Part shown: in pieces, positions 39,362 through 52,658 of the stretch
How positions within the stretch are numbered: the first letter of the stretch is position 1
Layout: each line of letters starts with the position of its first letter
NCBI RefSeq assembly: GCF_001194135.2
Contig: NC_068994.1
Location: 35,130,811 to 35,194,810 of the forward strand
DNA: 64,000 nt
Origin: Octopus bimaculoides
Taxonomy: Eukaryota
Reading direction: 5' to 3'
Translations under genes and position numbers: made by a program
Notes under the pieces: generated by a model
Told to the model about the DNA's origin: nothing
What the model saw: the letters and a program-made list of their open reading frames with translations, nothing else
The model's database searches: none

Positions 39362-40672
39362 ACAGGAATAGCAGAATATTTATCTCAAACATAGTTGTAA
39401 TTTGCAAAGGGCGTAAGAGGAAAATAAGCAAAAAATTCCGTCATCAAAATATATAGAATATTGATGAAATATTTCTGGGTAACGTTATGACTTCACAGAA
39501 GGTGTTTGCAGCAACCAATTTTTTTATTATTTTCTTATTTTTTTGCATTTATCTTCATTTACTTTATTCATTTATTTACTTCTTTTTTTCTTTTTGACTT
39601 GCTAACAATAGTTCCATCAGGCGAAGTTTGCTAATCATCGCAAGGTGCCATATTGGTTGTCTGCTGACAATGTACAACAGAAGATATAGGAAAACTGCCT
39701 CCACCACCCCAGGTCAAAGAACGGTGATATAAGTGGGAGTGGGAACAACAAAGATTAAATATTTAATAAGTGTTTGTCTATATTTTCCTTTTATGACGAT
39801 GATGATGATGATGATAGTAGTGCTGATGATAATGATGAGTATGGTGCTGGTGATGGTGATGGTGAATGTACTGCTACTGATGATGATGATAAAACTCAAC
39901 ACTGTACTATGTACACATGTGTTGGAGCCTCTGCTATCTTCTGTGTGTATGTTTACATGCACATGCACATACACATGCATATACACTCAGCCTCCTCTAC
40001 ATGGATGACTGGAAAATATTTGCAAAGTGTAATAATATCTAGCTGGTTGCTAAAACCCACCAAAAATTGTTTATAAATTCAACCAAAAAGGAATATGGGA
40101 TGCAGCAAATATGTTACAGCTTCTATATGAAGAAGTAAATCAACTAAAACTGTAAACATTAAATTTAACAGACACTGAGTCAGAGAACTACCATCAGAGA
40201 CATCCAAACAAATATTTAAGGGTTGATGAAACTTAAAATGCAACATGCAGAAATGAAGGGGAAAATTAGAGAAGAGTAATTATCAAAAAAAAGTCAGATT
40301 GATAATAAAATCTCAACTCAAAGCTAACAATAAGATTGTGGGTACAAATATGTTAGCAATCCCAATTTTAAACTGGGGCTTCAACAGAAAGAATGAATGG
40401 AAGAGCTGAGACAGAAAAATCAGGAAGCTACTGATAGCTTCCTAAAGTCTTCTCTCCCACCCTCACTGAAAGCAAAAAAAAAACGATTATTGATCAAATA
40501 TTCCTACCACACCCACAAGCAGAGTGGAGCCTGATACAAATAGAAGCCTATTACAACATGACAACAGGGCTAAAAAAAATATTTAGAAGGGGAAGCTAAT
40601 AGCTTCCCATCACTTGTTTCTAAAGTATAATAAAGAAACAAAAGAGGAAAAAAATTTTCCTTTCTGTATAAG

Positions 40673-41048
40673 AGGAGTAGTCATGACTGTGTTTAAGAAA
40701 CTTGCTTTGCAATCTTGGTGCTTGGGGTTCAGTCTCACTGCATGACACCTTGGGTAAGTGTCTCCTACTACAACCTTGGGCTGACCAATGCTTTGTGAGT
40801 GAATTTGGTAGATGGAAACTGTGTGGAAGCTTGTTGTGTATATATGTGTGTGTTTGTGTGAGTATATGTGTGAGCATTCATGTCTTTGTATTTGTCCCCC
40901 ACCAGTACTTGACAACCAGTGTTGGTGTGTTGATGTCTCCATAACTTAGCAGTTAATAAGTGTTGGGTTCGATTTGTTCAACTTAAACTCCTCAAGTAGT
41001 GTCTGCCAGCATGGCCACAGTCTAATGACTGAAACAAGTAAAAGCTAA
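40673..41048 (+). mobile_element. SINE family A
   Basis: GGGTTCAGTCTCAC, CCTTGGGTAAGTG, family tail. Confidence 0.8.
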
Positions 41049-41167
41049 AGGTGTGTAACATAAATGATGAGGTACAAACTGGAAGCAAAATACACTGAAG
41101 AAAAAGATCCGCAAACAAAACTGTAGAAAAGATTAAAAACAAATGGAATTCCAGAAGATGCAGAGGA

Positions 41168-41292
<125 letters not shown>

Positions 41293-42339
41293 TCATTGTA
41301 TTGCTGTATCTAAGAAGACTCACCAGAGAGGAAGTGAGCTATAGTGAAAGACAAATGACAAAAAGTTCAAGAACTCTGGGCTAAAAGTCAGAAACAGCAA
41401 GTCTGATTTTGCGTGGTATAGCCACGAGCAGCTAGATTTTATCTTATACTTGTTTCAGTCATAGGATTGCAGCATCATGGTCTCTTATCTAAAGCATTGA
41501 TTGAAAGGTGAAAAATATTTCAAAATAGTATGACTTTGAAATTGAAGTAAAAAAAAAAAATCTTGGGTAGTAAAATAAAATTTTAAAAAAAAACTGCATC
41601 AATATTTGGAGCACTAGGTAGAATAAAATAAAAATATGAACAAAAACAAATGAACCACACTAGGAATCCTAAAATGTAACCCAGTACAACCTGTTGCATG
41701 GTCATATTGTCAGTGACAAAACCAACAGCCTCACAAAGCTTGCTTGGAGAAGAGAGTGATTTGGACAGCCAGCTGGATGAAAGAAGAAAAATCATCAAAG
41801 GGCAAAGAAACTCATAAGAGTCAATGGCCATCCTGTAGTATGTAAATGGAGGAGTTAACCTCAATAACAAAAAATCCCCAAGCCAGAGTCACGACAAAGT
41901 CATGGGGAATCGGAAGTTGAGTGTATTGATCTTCATTCAGTGAAATTATATGATGCAGTCTGGGTGGAAGAGCCTCTTCAGCCAATGGTCAGTGTAGCAG
42001 ATTACTGCTAGTTAATAGACCCAGTTAACAGATTACTGTTAGTTAATAAAAGTGGCAATTCATGAAATCACTTTTGCTACTTGCAAACACTATGGAGTTC
42101 TGGAACCTCTTGAGGTCACCAACTGAAGTTGGATGACTTGTAGTAGTAGTAATAGTATTTGGTGTTACTGATTCAATACTGACTTATAAGACATCAGACA
42201 TTGTAATGTTTCTCTTGTTCTTTCATTCTCTTCCTCCCTTCCTCTGTTTATGTAAGTTTACTTCTCTTTAAGTGTATGAAGTGAGGGAAAGTGTTTATGT
42301 CAGTCATGTTCAATGAATAAATTGCTCTTGCTCTTGCTC

Positions 42340-42404
<65 letters not shown>

Positions 42405-43197
42405 CTCTATGCATACATTTCTACATGCACATGAAGCATGTTTGCCTCCCACACTAAAAAGTACTGTGACCAAAACATGTCCAATGGCCAGTAAACACTT
42501 TCAAATCACTAACATCCAAATAGACAGATGTGCCAAATTGTCTCATTCCGTTCAAATACCTATATCATTTAGCTATTGTTAGTCAGACCATTTAACTGTA
42601 AATATTTACTATGTGGTGGTACAACTGATTTCCCATATAGGTAGAGGAATCACTCGATTATTAACATGTGTCTTATTAGTTTGTTGTTTGTAACACTGAA
42701 ACAAGGAGCATCAATTTACACACTAGCTTATAATAAGATAGAGATGACAGTTCATTCACTTAGCTGTAAATATGTAATGCAAGCAAATATGCCTCACAAA
42801 AAGAAGCAGTACTACTGTGTATTTTTGAAAATTTCTTTTTAAATCATGCATAAGTAAGTTTTAATCCTCCCAATTGCCTGGACAGAGACAATTTTTACCA
42901 GACTAACCAACTCCATTTTCCCAGCACAACAAAATTATCAAACATCTCTACATGCCAATGTACTTTAGAGTTAACTTTTTTTTAATTATACACACACACA
43001 CACAAACAAACAGAATCACCTATATACTTTAATATCTACACAGTTATACTTTAATGATTAAATAATTTAATAAACAGATTATAAATATCAAAGTATTAAC
43101 ATGAAGTATCAACATGGTTAAGTACAATATCAATATTTTATTATGTTACTATTCAAATATAAAGTTTTCTAAACTAAGAAGAGTAAAACTGACTCAC

Positions 43198-45594
43198 CTG
43201 CTGTGTTAAACCTTGTGTCACAGAGAGAGGCATTCTAGAAGTTGACCCTTTCCAATCCGTTTTACATCCATATTGTGAGTCCCTTTTCAGAAGGGTTGTT
43301 TTAGACTCTTTATTTAAGCCTGGATCTAAAACCATGCTTGCTGGGACATCATACTGTGGATGGTTAGGTTCACAGGTATATTCTGATTGTTTCCTCTCTC
43401 TAGGACAGTTGGTGTTACCAACTACATCACTGTACAGAATGTTTCTCTGGGTGTACTTCTGAATGATGCATATTGCTAATGAAATGACAATAGCCACAGA
43501 TAAGATAATAGCAGCAACAATGATAACTATCATTAGGTTTATATGAATAGTGTCATCTGATTGTTTGGGAACGGTGGTCAACATTTTGGATGTCTGGTTG
43601 CTGACGGTCAACATCAGTGACAGAGTCGTAGTTGCTGACCGCATAGGACTGCCACTGTCTTTGACAACAAACGTTAAACTGTATAACCCTGCATCATTCT
43701 GGTAAACTGGACGGGAGTAAGATAGGACACCTGTGTAGGGTTTTACTGAAAACAACTGTTTTTCATTGCCTCCGATTATTTCATAACTGAGAAATGCATT
43801 CACATGTCTGTCTCTATCTGAGGCTTTCAAAACTGTGATCTCACTCTTACTTTGAGGATGGTAGTGGACATCGAGGTTAAAAGGGTTAACACTAGGAAAG
43901 GTAAAATAAGGAGCATTATCATTTTCATCCATTACTTCAACAATCACATTTTCTGTATTATTCAAAGAAGGTTTGCCATTGTCTTTTACAAAAACTTTAA
44001 ATTCATAAGTCTCTTTTTCTTCTCTGTCCAATGATTGAGTAGTAGAAATAAATCCAAAATTAGAAATCACAAAAGGAAGAATATTTTCATTGTCACTCAA
44101 TAAAATATAAGTGAGTTGACCTCCTAGGCCCATGTCAGGGTCAGTAACATTAATAAATCCAACAGGAAAGTTTGGTTCTTCATTCTCATAGGTTAAAAAC
44201 TTAAATTGGCTTTTAGTAAACTTTGGCTGCACATCATTAACGTCCATTACTTCAATAGAGAATTTTCTTTCTGTCTTTTGTGAAGGTACTCCTTTGTCTT
44301 GGCAACTTATAGTAAAGTCAATGAAACTTTCCTTTTCTCTATCAACAGACTTTTTGACCACAACTTTATATTTCATTCTCCCTAAACTCTTCAACAACAG
44401 TTTATTGTGATGGAGATCACATGTGACCTCTCCATTCTGTCCAACATCATTATCAGTAACCTTAACATAGGCAATAAAACTACCGACTTTCACTCCTTCA
44501 GAAATTGTGGCTGTGTTTTTCATTGATTCAGAAACAAAATTTACTTCTATTGCTGGTGCAGTATTCTGGTGGCCAATCTTATTAACCAGCACAACTGCAG
44601 TTGAACTTAATGGTGGGTTCCCATTATCACTAGCTGTGATGAAAAGCTTGTAGGTTTGTTGTTTATCAAAAGGAAATTGTCGATTCAAAAAGATTTCTCC
44701 AGTTTCTTTATTCAATTCAAAATAATCCATAGCTAGTTTTGCTGTTTTTGAATGAAAACGATACACAACTTTGCCATTCTTACCAGAATCTAAATCTTTT
44801 GCTGATGCAGTGATTACAGCCTGGCTTTTTTGGTGGTTTTCACTAATGGAAACATTGTAAACACTCTGTGTAAAGATAGGAGAATTATCATTCTCATCAG
44901 TGACAGATATTTCAACATTTAAAACACCTTCTTTGGGTGGGTATCCTTCATCACGAGCAATGACTTGCACATTATAAGTATCTTTTACTTCTCTATCTAA
45001 TTTCTTTTCTAAAACAATCCCAAGTTGGGTGGTGCCATCATCTTTACGTGAAAAAGACAAGCTAAAAGGCTCATCTCTGTTCTTTTTTAATTTATAAGTA
45101 ATCTGTGAATTTTCTGATCCCATATCTTTATCAATGGCATTAGGAATTGTTCTTGTTACTCCCTTACTGTAGTCTTCAGAAAACTTGATGTTGATTTGAT
45201 TTTCCTGAAACTCAGGACGATTGTCATTAATGTCTTTAATGATTACTTTTACCTCAATTATTTTCACAAAAGATTCTTCCTTTTGAATAGCAACATCAAC
45301 CATTCTAAAACATTCAGTGTTGTACTTGCACAGAGATTCTGCATCCAGTATTTGATTGGTATATAGTTTGCCAGTCTTGGTTACATTAAACAACTGCAAG
45401 CCTTTACTTTTCTGCAAGCGGCTAAAAGAAATTAAGCTGAGGTCTCGAGACACGAAAATGCCTCGTGAGTTTATGTCAAGCGCAATGTCACCAACATATG
45501 TTCCAAGAATTTGAGCCTCCTCTATTTGGTAAGTGAGATCGGCACAAAGGGAGGTTTCCAATAGAAGCCAGAAAGAAAACAACTGTACAAACAT
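43198..45594 (-). CDS. Pcdh: Protocadherin large coding exon (799 codons): signal peptide, six cadherin repeats, TM, juxtamembrane tail
   Basis: Signal MFVQLFSFWLLLETSLCA. EC1 has C-X5-C (CKYNTEC). LDRE/VDRE, DxNDNxPxF and AxDxGxP motifs recur. TM is INLMIVIIVAAIILSVAIVISLAICII. The exon ends at CAG|GTGAGT (43198/43197), so the last 7 residues of the 806-aa ORF are intronic read-through. Confidence 0.97.
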
Positions 45595-45738
45595 ATTCTG
45601 TTTTAAATATATATATATATATACATATATATATAAATATATTTATATATATATATATCTCAATATATTTGAAACTTCAAAGGGTGTTTTCAAATTGTTT
45701 CAGTCAAGAGGCATCTTACTATGTTTAAACCATGTAAT
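45595..45738 (-). promoter_or_regulatory. Predicted 5' UTR portion preceded by a splice acceptor; contains three uATGs and a (TA)n tract
   Basis: TTTTTTCCTCTTTCAG| ends at 45739. uATGs at 45733, 45714 and 45626. A possible internal intron 45719-45598 (GTAAGA...AAAACAG). Confidence 0.55.
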
Positions 45739-46549
45739 CTGAAAGAGGAAAAAATATATAAATAGATAGATATACAAACAGAATTATTTCTAACATGCAG
45801 GGTTACATACAGAACCATCATAGCTTTCAAAAGATAACGCTATAATAAAAGTAAGACAAAAAAAAAAGCAAAATTAAAACAAAGGAAAAGCAATAAATCT
45901 AATAATGTTTTAGTAGTTTTCCAGATATTTGAAGAACAACAGATTATATGAGCGCATGAAAGGGTTCATATACCAGCAAAATGATTCACATTTCCAAAAT
46001 GATTCCAGCACAAGATCTAATTAGGATATATACATGCCATAGTTCTTTTGTAGGTTTGTTTGTTTTTTTTTGTTGTTATTTTCTTGTTTGTTTATCCTAC
46101 TTTATTACTTTGTCTTTTGTTGTCATTTTGTGTTTGTTTTTTCTTCTTTTTCTTCTTCTTTTTTTTGTGGTGGTATTAGTAATAGGACATTTCAAACACC
46201 CAAACATGTAAAGTGTTATCAATAAACCCCCGAACCGAAGGACAATTGCTAGAGAATACATGTAATATCATTACATGTAAACTTGAAAACATAATGACTG
46301 TGTACAAAACTACAAAACCAGGGTTCTTCAATCGAAAAGTCTGTTTTTCATTTTTTCAAAGTTATCTCTTCAAAACCAATTTTGTCGAGATGAATTGCAA
46401 AATAGGAAAACAAGCAAACAAAATAAGACAAACAACGATGATGGTGGAAATGATGATGTGCTTTTGCTAGCAGAGAATAAGATTCAAACAGAAATATACA
46501 ACCGTAATGCTAAAAGTGATAACAACTGCATAAATGTTGACAAAAACAA

Positions 46550-46910
46550 AGACGATGATGAGAAGTTTGATGATGATGATGATGATGATGACGATGGCAG
46601 TAACAAAGGCAGCAATGATGATGAAGCTGCTATTGACAATGGTGTTAATCATCAGGCTGATGATGATGATGATGATGATGACAATGATGACGACAATGAG
46701 AATGATGATGGTGATGATGACAATGATGGTGATGATGACAATGATGACGACAATGAGAATGATGATGGTGATGAAGGCAATGACAAGATGATGAGTATGG
46801 AAACACCGAAGATAATAATGACAATAATGCCAAATGTCAATACAACTGCAGTGATGATGATGACGATAATAATTATGATGATGATGATGATAATAGCAAT
46901 TATGATGATG
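46550..46910. repeat. Compound (GAT/GAC/AAT)n trinucleotide low-complexity tract
   Basis: Long imperfect GATGATGAC runs that produce spurious Asp-, Met- and His-rich ORFs. Confidence 0.9.
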
Positions 46911-47549
46911 TAGCAGCATGTTTGTCTTCATTTCATTAGCTGTTGTTTTTATTTCGTTTTATTCATTTATTCATTGTTGTTACTTTAGAAAATGGTAAAC
47001 ACAGAAAGAGGTAAACATTTGAAGTTAAGTATATGTTTAAAGGCAAAAGTAGATAAAATGGTGTTAGCAAAGCAAACACTGAAGAGGTTTTTCATCAACA
47101 AAAATATTGTAGTTTATATTTTCACTGCTTTCTAATAAAATTACCATTTCAGAGTTGTTGAACTGACATGATGTACATCTTCGCACAGCTACAGAAATTC
47201 GCATGTCAGGCTTATAATCTATGTTAGAGAAATTAGGTAAACATCAATCACATTTGCTTGCTTCCAACTGAGATAAGCAATAAAGAAAGAAATTATGATT
47301 GAAGTGTAAATGTAATAATGCTATTTAAAAGGTAAAAAGCATCTGTGATCATTATTATTATTAATGGTAGTAGTAGTAGTAGTAGTAATAGTAGTAGTAT
47401 GTGTATGCATTCGTATGTATAAATGCACATATACAAACATATATAAACACACATATACACATTCATGCACACATGCAAATATACACACATATACATAAAC
47501 TCATATGCTTATACATATAGATATGCACACATACTCATAGATATGTATG

Positions 47550-47600
<51 letters not shown>

Positions 47601-48568
47601 NNNNNNNNNNNNNNNNNNNNNNNNNNNNNNNNNNNNNNNNNNNNNNNNNNNNNNNNNNNNNNNNNNNNNNNNNNNNNNNNNNNNNNNNNNNNNNNNNNNN
47701 NNNNNNNNNNNNNNNNNNNNNNNNNNNNNNNNNNNNNNNNNNNNNNNNNNNNNNNNNNNNNNNNNNNNNNNNNNNNNNNNNNNNNNNNNNNNNNNNNNNN
47801 NNNNNNNNNNNNNNNNNNNNNNNNNNNNNNNNNNNNNNNNNNNNNNNNNNNNNNNNNNNNNNNNNNNNNNNNNNNNNNNNNNNNNNNNNNNNNNNNNNNN
47901 NNNNNNNNNNNNNNNNNNNNNNNNNNNNNNNNNNNNNNNNNNNNNNNNNNNNNNNNNNNNNNNNNNNNNNNNNNNNNNNNNNNNNNNNNNNNNNNNNNNN
48001 NNNNNNNNNNNNNNNNNNNNNNNNNNNNNNNNNNNNNNNNNNNNNNNNNNNNNNNNNNNNNNNNNNNNNNNNNNNNNNNNNNNNNNNNNNNNNNNNNNNN
48101 NNNNNNNNNNNNNNNNNNNNNNNNNNNNNNNNNNNNNNNNNNNNNNNNNNNNNNNNNNNNNNNNNNNNNNNNNNNNNNNNNNNNNNNNNNNNNNNNNNNN
48201 NNNNNNNNNNNNNNNNNNNNNNNNNNNNNNNNNNNNNNNNNNNNNNNNNNNNNNNNNNNNNNNNNNNNNNNNNNNNNNNNNNNNNNNNNNNNNNNNNNNN
48301 NNNNNNNNNNNNNNNNNNNNNNNNNNNNNNNNNNNNNNNNNNNNNNNNNNNNNNNNNNNNNNNNNNNNNNNNNNNNNNNNNNNNNNNNNNNNNNNNNNNN
48401 NNNNNNNNNNNNNNNNNNNNNNNNNNNNNNNNNNNNNNNNNNNNNNNNNNNNNNNNNNNNNNNNNNNNNNNNNNNNNNNNNNNNNNNNNNNNNNNNNNNN
48501 NNNNNNNNNNNNNNNNNNNNNNNNNNNNNNNNNNNNNNNNNNNNNNNNNNNNNNNNNNNNNNNNNNNN
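47601..48568. other. Assembly gap (968 N); other gaps at 2531-2693, 49710-49782, 52166-52175, 54759-54768 and 60606-60646
   Basis: Runs of N, mostly bordered by microsatellites. Confidence 0.99.
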
Positions 48569-49457
48569 TATATATATATATGTTTCTTATTCTCTTATTT
48601 TCTGATTCTCTTTTCTAAAAGCCTCATCTTAATATTGTTAAGTTTTCAAATGTGAGAAAATATTTTCATACCAAATATTACTTTGAATGAATGTACAAAG
48701 TTTGTTTACATGGACAATTATTAAATTATTTCACAAAAAAGAAAGAAAGGATAATATAATAAAAAGCCAGATATTTATACAGAATGGTGACATCATATTC
48801 CTTAAATATCATTTATTATGACATTTCTGAGAAACATTCTTCATGGCACATCTAACAGAGTTTAAATGCTGTGTAACACAAACACACATACATGTATGTG
48901 TATGTATGTATATATATATATATAGGCACAGGTTTGGCTATGTGTTAAGTCTGCTTCCCAACTACATGGTTTTGGGTTCAGTCTCACTGCATAGCACCTT
49001 AGGCAAGTGTCTTCTATAATAGCTCTGGGTGAGCCAAAGCCTTGTGAGTGGATTTGGTGGATAGAAACTAAGCAATATACACATCACACACACACATAAA
49101 CTCTATCCAACTAATTCATACATAGAAAAGTCAATGTTAAAATTATGTTGATGATGTGATATCTGTTCTTGTCCCACTATCATATCTCAATAACTGGCAT
49201 AAATCTCCTCCCCTCTCAAATACCCCTTCACACACATTTGGTCAAGAAATGTAATTTTCTTGTTATATTTTGTGGGGGCTTGCAAGTTACTTGGCAACCT
49301 CACTAGTGCTAGTGTTATGCAAAAAGTAGCTTAAACACACTGTTAAGTGATTGACATCAGAAAGGACTTCCAGTCATAGAAACTGTACCAAAACTGAGAC
49401 TGGAGATCAATGCAGCCCAGTTACTCACTGGGACCTCTCAAACTGTCCAGCCCAACT

Positions 49458-49676
49458 TTTTTCTTTTATTTGTTTCAGTCACTAGACTGTGACCATGCTG
49501 GGGCACCGCCTTGAATTTTTAGTGGAACGAATTAGTTTTCATTTTTAAGAAGTGGTACTTATTTTATTGGTCTCTTTTGCCAAACCACTAAGTTATGGGG
49601 ACACAAACATGCCAACACCAGTTATCAAGCAGTGGGGGGGGGACAAACACAAAGACACCCACACACACACACACAA

Positions 49677-49709
<33 letters not shown>

Positions 49710-49956
49710 NNNNNNNNNNNNNNNNNNNNNNNNNNNNNNNNNNNNNNNNNNNNNNNNNNNNNNNNNNNNNNNNNNNNNNNNNTATATATACACATACAAT
49801 GGGCTTCTTTCAGTTTCTATCTACCAAATCCACTCACAAGGCTTTGGTTGGTCCAAGGCTATAGCAGAAGACACTTGCCCAAGGTGCCATGTAATGGAAC
49901 TGTACCCGGAACAGTGTGGTTGGGAAGCAAGCTTCTTACGACACAGCCACACTTGC
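49458..49956 (-). mobile_element. SINE family A (spans gap 49710-49782)
   Basis: Reverse complement of the family head, CORE-like centre and tail. Confidence 0.8.
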
Positions 49957-49979
49957 CACTATAGAAAACAGATATTAAA

Positions 49980-50016
<37 letters not shown>

Positions 50017-51903
50017 TGCGTGCGCATGTGCTATAGTTTGTCATGACAAGACATGATAGTTGTAAATGAATAACATTATCACGCAGAATATGTCCTTTGT
50101 TTCCAATCTTCCATGAAAACATGTCTGGTCATAAGAAATATTACCTTACTTGGAGACAGGTATGGGTTGGTGACAGAAAGGGCATCCAGCTGTAAAAACT
50201 TGCCTCAGAAAATTCCGTCAGTCCCATGTGACCATGGAAAAGTGGATGATGTTGATCATGATCTAATGATTATTTTTAATACAAGGCTGCACATTTAGCA
50301 GAGGCATAGGGAAACAAATCTACACTTGTCCTTAAGTGTTAATAAAGGGCATTAAAAACTGCATTTAGGTAAGAATATTAACTTAAGTAAATACACTACA
50401 AAAATCTCTACAGGGTCATTTAATTTGTCCAGAATAATAGCCAAATCTTTTCCAGAAAAAGGAAGGACACATTCAGTAATTTATTCCTAGATGTCATTAA
50501 AAGACCAGATATTTCTGTCTAAAATGAATTCTGGGCTGAAACAACAACAATAACCTATGAATGAATTGTTGATCTGATAGAGCAGCAATAGTAGCAGCGA
50601 CAGCAGCAGCAATAGTAGCAGCAGCTGCCGACATGTATTAAATGCAATCATCATCTGCTTAAGTAGAATTATCATATATGAGTAATTGATCCAAATTTCA
50701 GCAGTAACCCACTGGACATGCTATGTGTAAGTCTGATATCAGACCAATGGAACACTCTGACATGTGGGCCACTGAATTGCAGTTTTGTACAAGTTCTACA
50801 TATATCTCATATAGGGCCATCTTACCCTGAAAAGCCCTCAAGCAAAGAAATGCTTCCATAAATTAGCATTGAGCCCCTACATACATGGTTACCCACCCCA
50901 TGCACCTGTACAATGTATCCATGTCTTAATTGAACACTGATTCCATTCAGTGTGTTGAGAAACTGGATATCTTTTTTGGCAGATACATTTTCTTTTTCTC
51001 TTAAGGAGAAGCAGTGCCCATGATCCTTTGCAGAGAATCGAAGTCTGGTTGATGGGAGAGAGAGGGAGAAAGATATCCTTAAACCATAGACTTGGTCCAA
51101 ATGCTTGCAACAGAATGGACTCTGTTAAATGTACCCAAGGTTTCAAGTGGTGATGCTAAACAAGGCAATGGATTAAATCTACTAGTTTCAGCTATAGATT
51201 ATGAACAAGTAAGCCATAGAAGAAACTGAACTCAGTAAACAGAGCCAGGACAAATACTGCAAGGTTTCCAATCCAATGTTCTAACAATTCTTCCAACCCA
51301 CAACCCAAAATTGGGACTTCTTTTTATTACCCCTGAAAGGATGAAAGTCAAAGTTGATCTTAGCAGGATTTGAACTCAGAATGAAGAGTTGACTAAGTTT
51401 CAAACTCGGATTACAAAAGGTCATTTTGGAACATGAAGCTTTATTTTTTCCCTTTTCCCTTCCCTTCATACTTATTAACAGTTTCAGTGATTTAAATATG
51501 GTACCATAAAATGCCAAATCCATTAGCATTTTATTTGTGTATTGCTGTTGACTTATGTGACACAGTTCTAGATGAGCAGGTGTTTTATACAATAATATTC
51601 ATAAACTATGGATGGGCAGTAAGTTAACCAAGATTTCGTTGCAATGCTGTATGTAACATTACACAGTTACATATACAAATTTTCATACACACTAACACAC
51701 ACACACATGCACATCAGACAAACAGGCAAGAGACCTGAAGCAAAGATTTAATGTAATACTGGAATTAACAGCTACTAGTGTGAAAAATAGCATATATTAT
51801 TCATGTCATCTCTAGAAGAGGTTTTATGTAAATAACGTCATATACAAATTACACTACATCGATACATAAAAACATAAGCAAGTATATGAGTGTTTGTGTA
51901 TAA

Positions 51904-51962
<59 letters not shown>

Positions 51963-51983
51963 TCATAAATACATATATATATA

Positions 51984-52175
51984 AGGATAGGCATGGCAGT
52001 GCAGTAATAAGTTTGCTTCCCAACAACATGATCACAGGTTCAGTCCCACAGTGTGGCATTTTGAACAAGTGTCTTCTGCTATAGCCTTGGACCAACCAAA
52101 TCCTTGTGAGTAGATTTGGTAGATGGAAACTGAAAGAAGCTTGTCATATATATATATATATATATNNNNNNNNNN

Positions 52176-52217
<42 letters not shown>

Positions 52218-52439
52218 TGTATGTATGTGTATGTGTCTGACTGTCTGTCTCCCACCAGTGCTTCACAACTGGTGTTGGTGTATTTACTGTCCTCATACCT
52301 TAGCAGTTCAGCAAAAGAGACCAATAGAATAAATACCAGGCTTAAAAGAAAAGTACAGGGGTCAATTTGTATGACTAAAATTCTTCAAGGTGGTGTTCCA
52401 GCATGGCTGCTGTCTGATGAGTGAAACAAGCAAAAGAGA

Positions 52440-52440
<1 letters not shown>
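51984..52440 (+). mobile_element. SINE family A
   Basis: GGCATGGCAGTGCAGTAATAAG, GGTTCAGTCCC, family tail. Confidence 0.8.
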
Positions 52441-52474
<34 letters not shown>

Positions 52475-52607
52475 TGTATGTATATAAGACAATGATTCTT
52501 GCAAAAGTAGTCATGTGTCCTTCATTTCGTAATTCATTCACTCACTGTGCTGGGTACTTTATGGCTTTGTGTATTTTCCTTAATGGAAATATACAACAAT
52601 AAATGTG

Positions 52608-52658
<51 letters not shown>

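Noticed and set aside
41583-41870. 95-aa ORF with a hydrophobic C-terminus suggesting a second Pcdh TM remnant
   Set aside because: No cadherin motifs. The hydrophobicity comes from the reverse strand of A-rich, probably decayed retroelement sequence.
43174-43197. C-terminal VSQFYSS* of the 806-aa ORF as the true protein end
   Set aside because: It begins exactly at a consensus CAG|GTGAGT donor, and a phase-matched downstream exon exists.
46395-46913. 172-aa Asp/Asn-rich ORF resembling an acidic biomineralisation protein
   Set aside because: It is a GAT/GAC/AAT microsatellite, open in several frames on both strands, with no signal peptide or splice support.
52414-52427. Other CTGATGA hits (52414; also ~12454 and minus strand ~7431) as hammerheads
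   Set aside because: They lack either stem II or the following GAAA and stem I.
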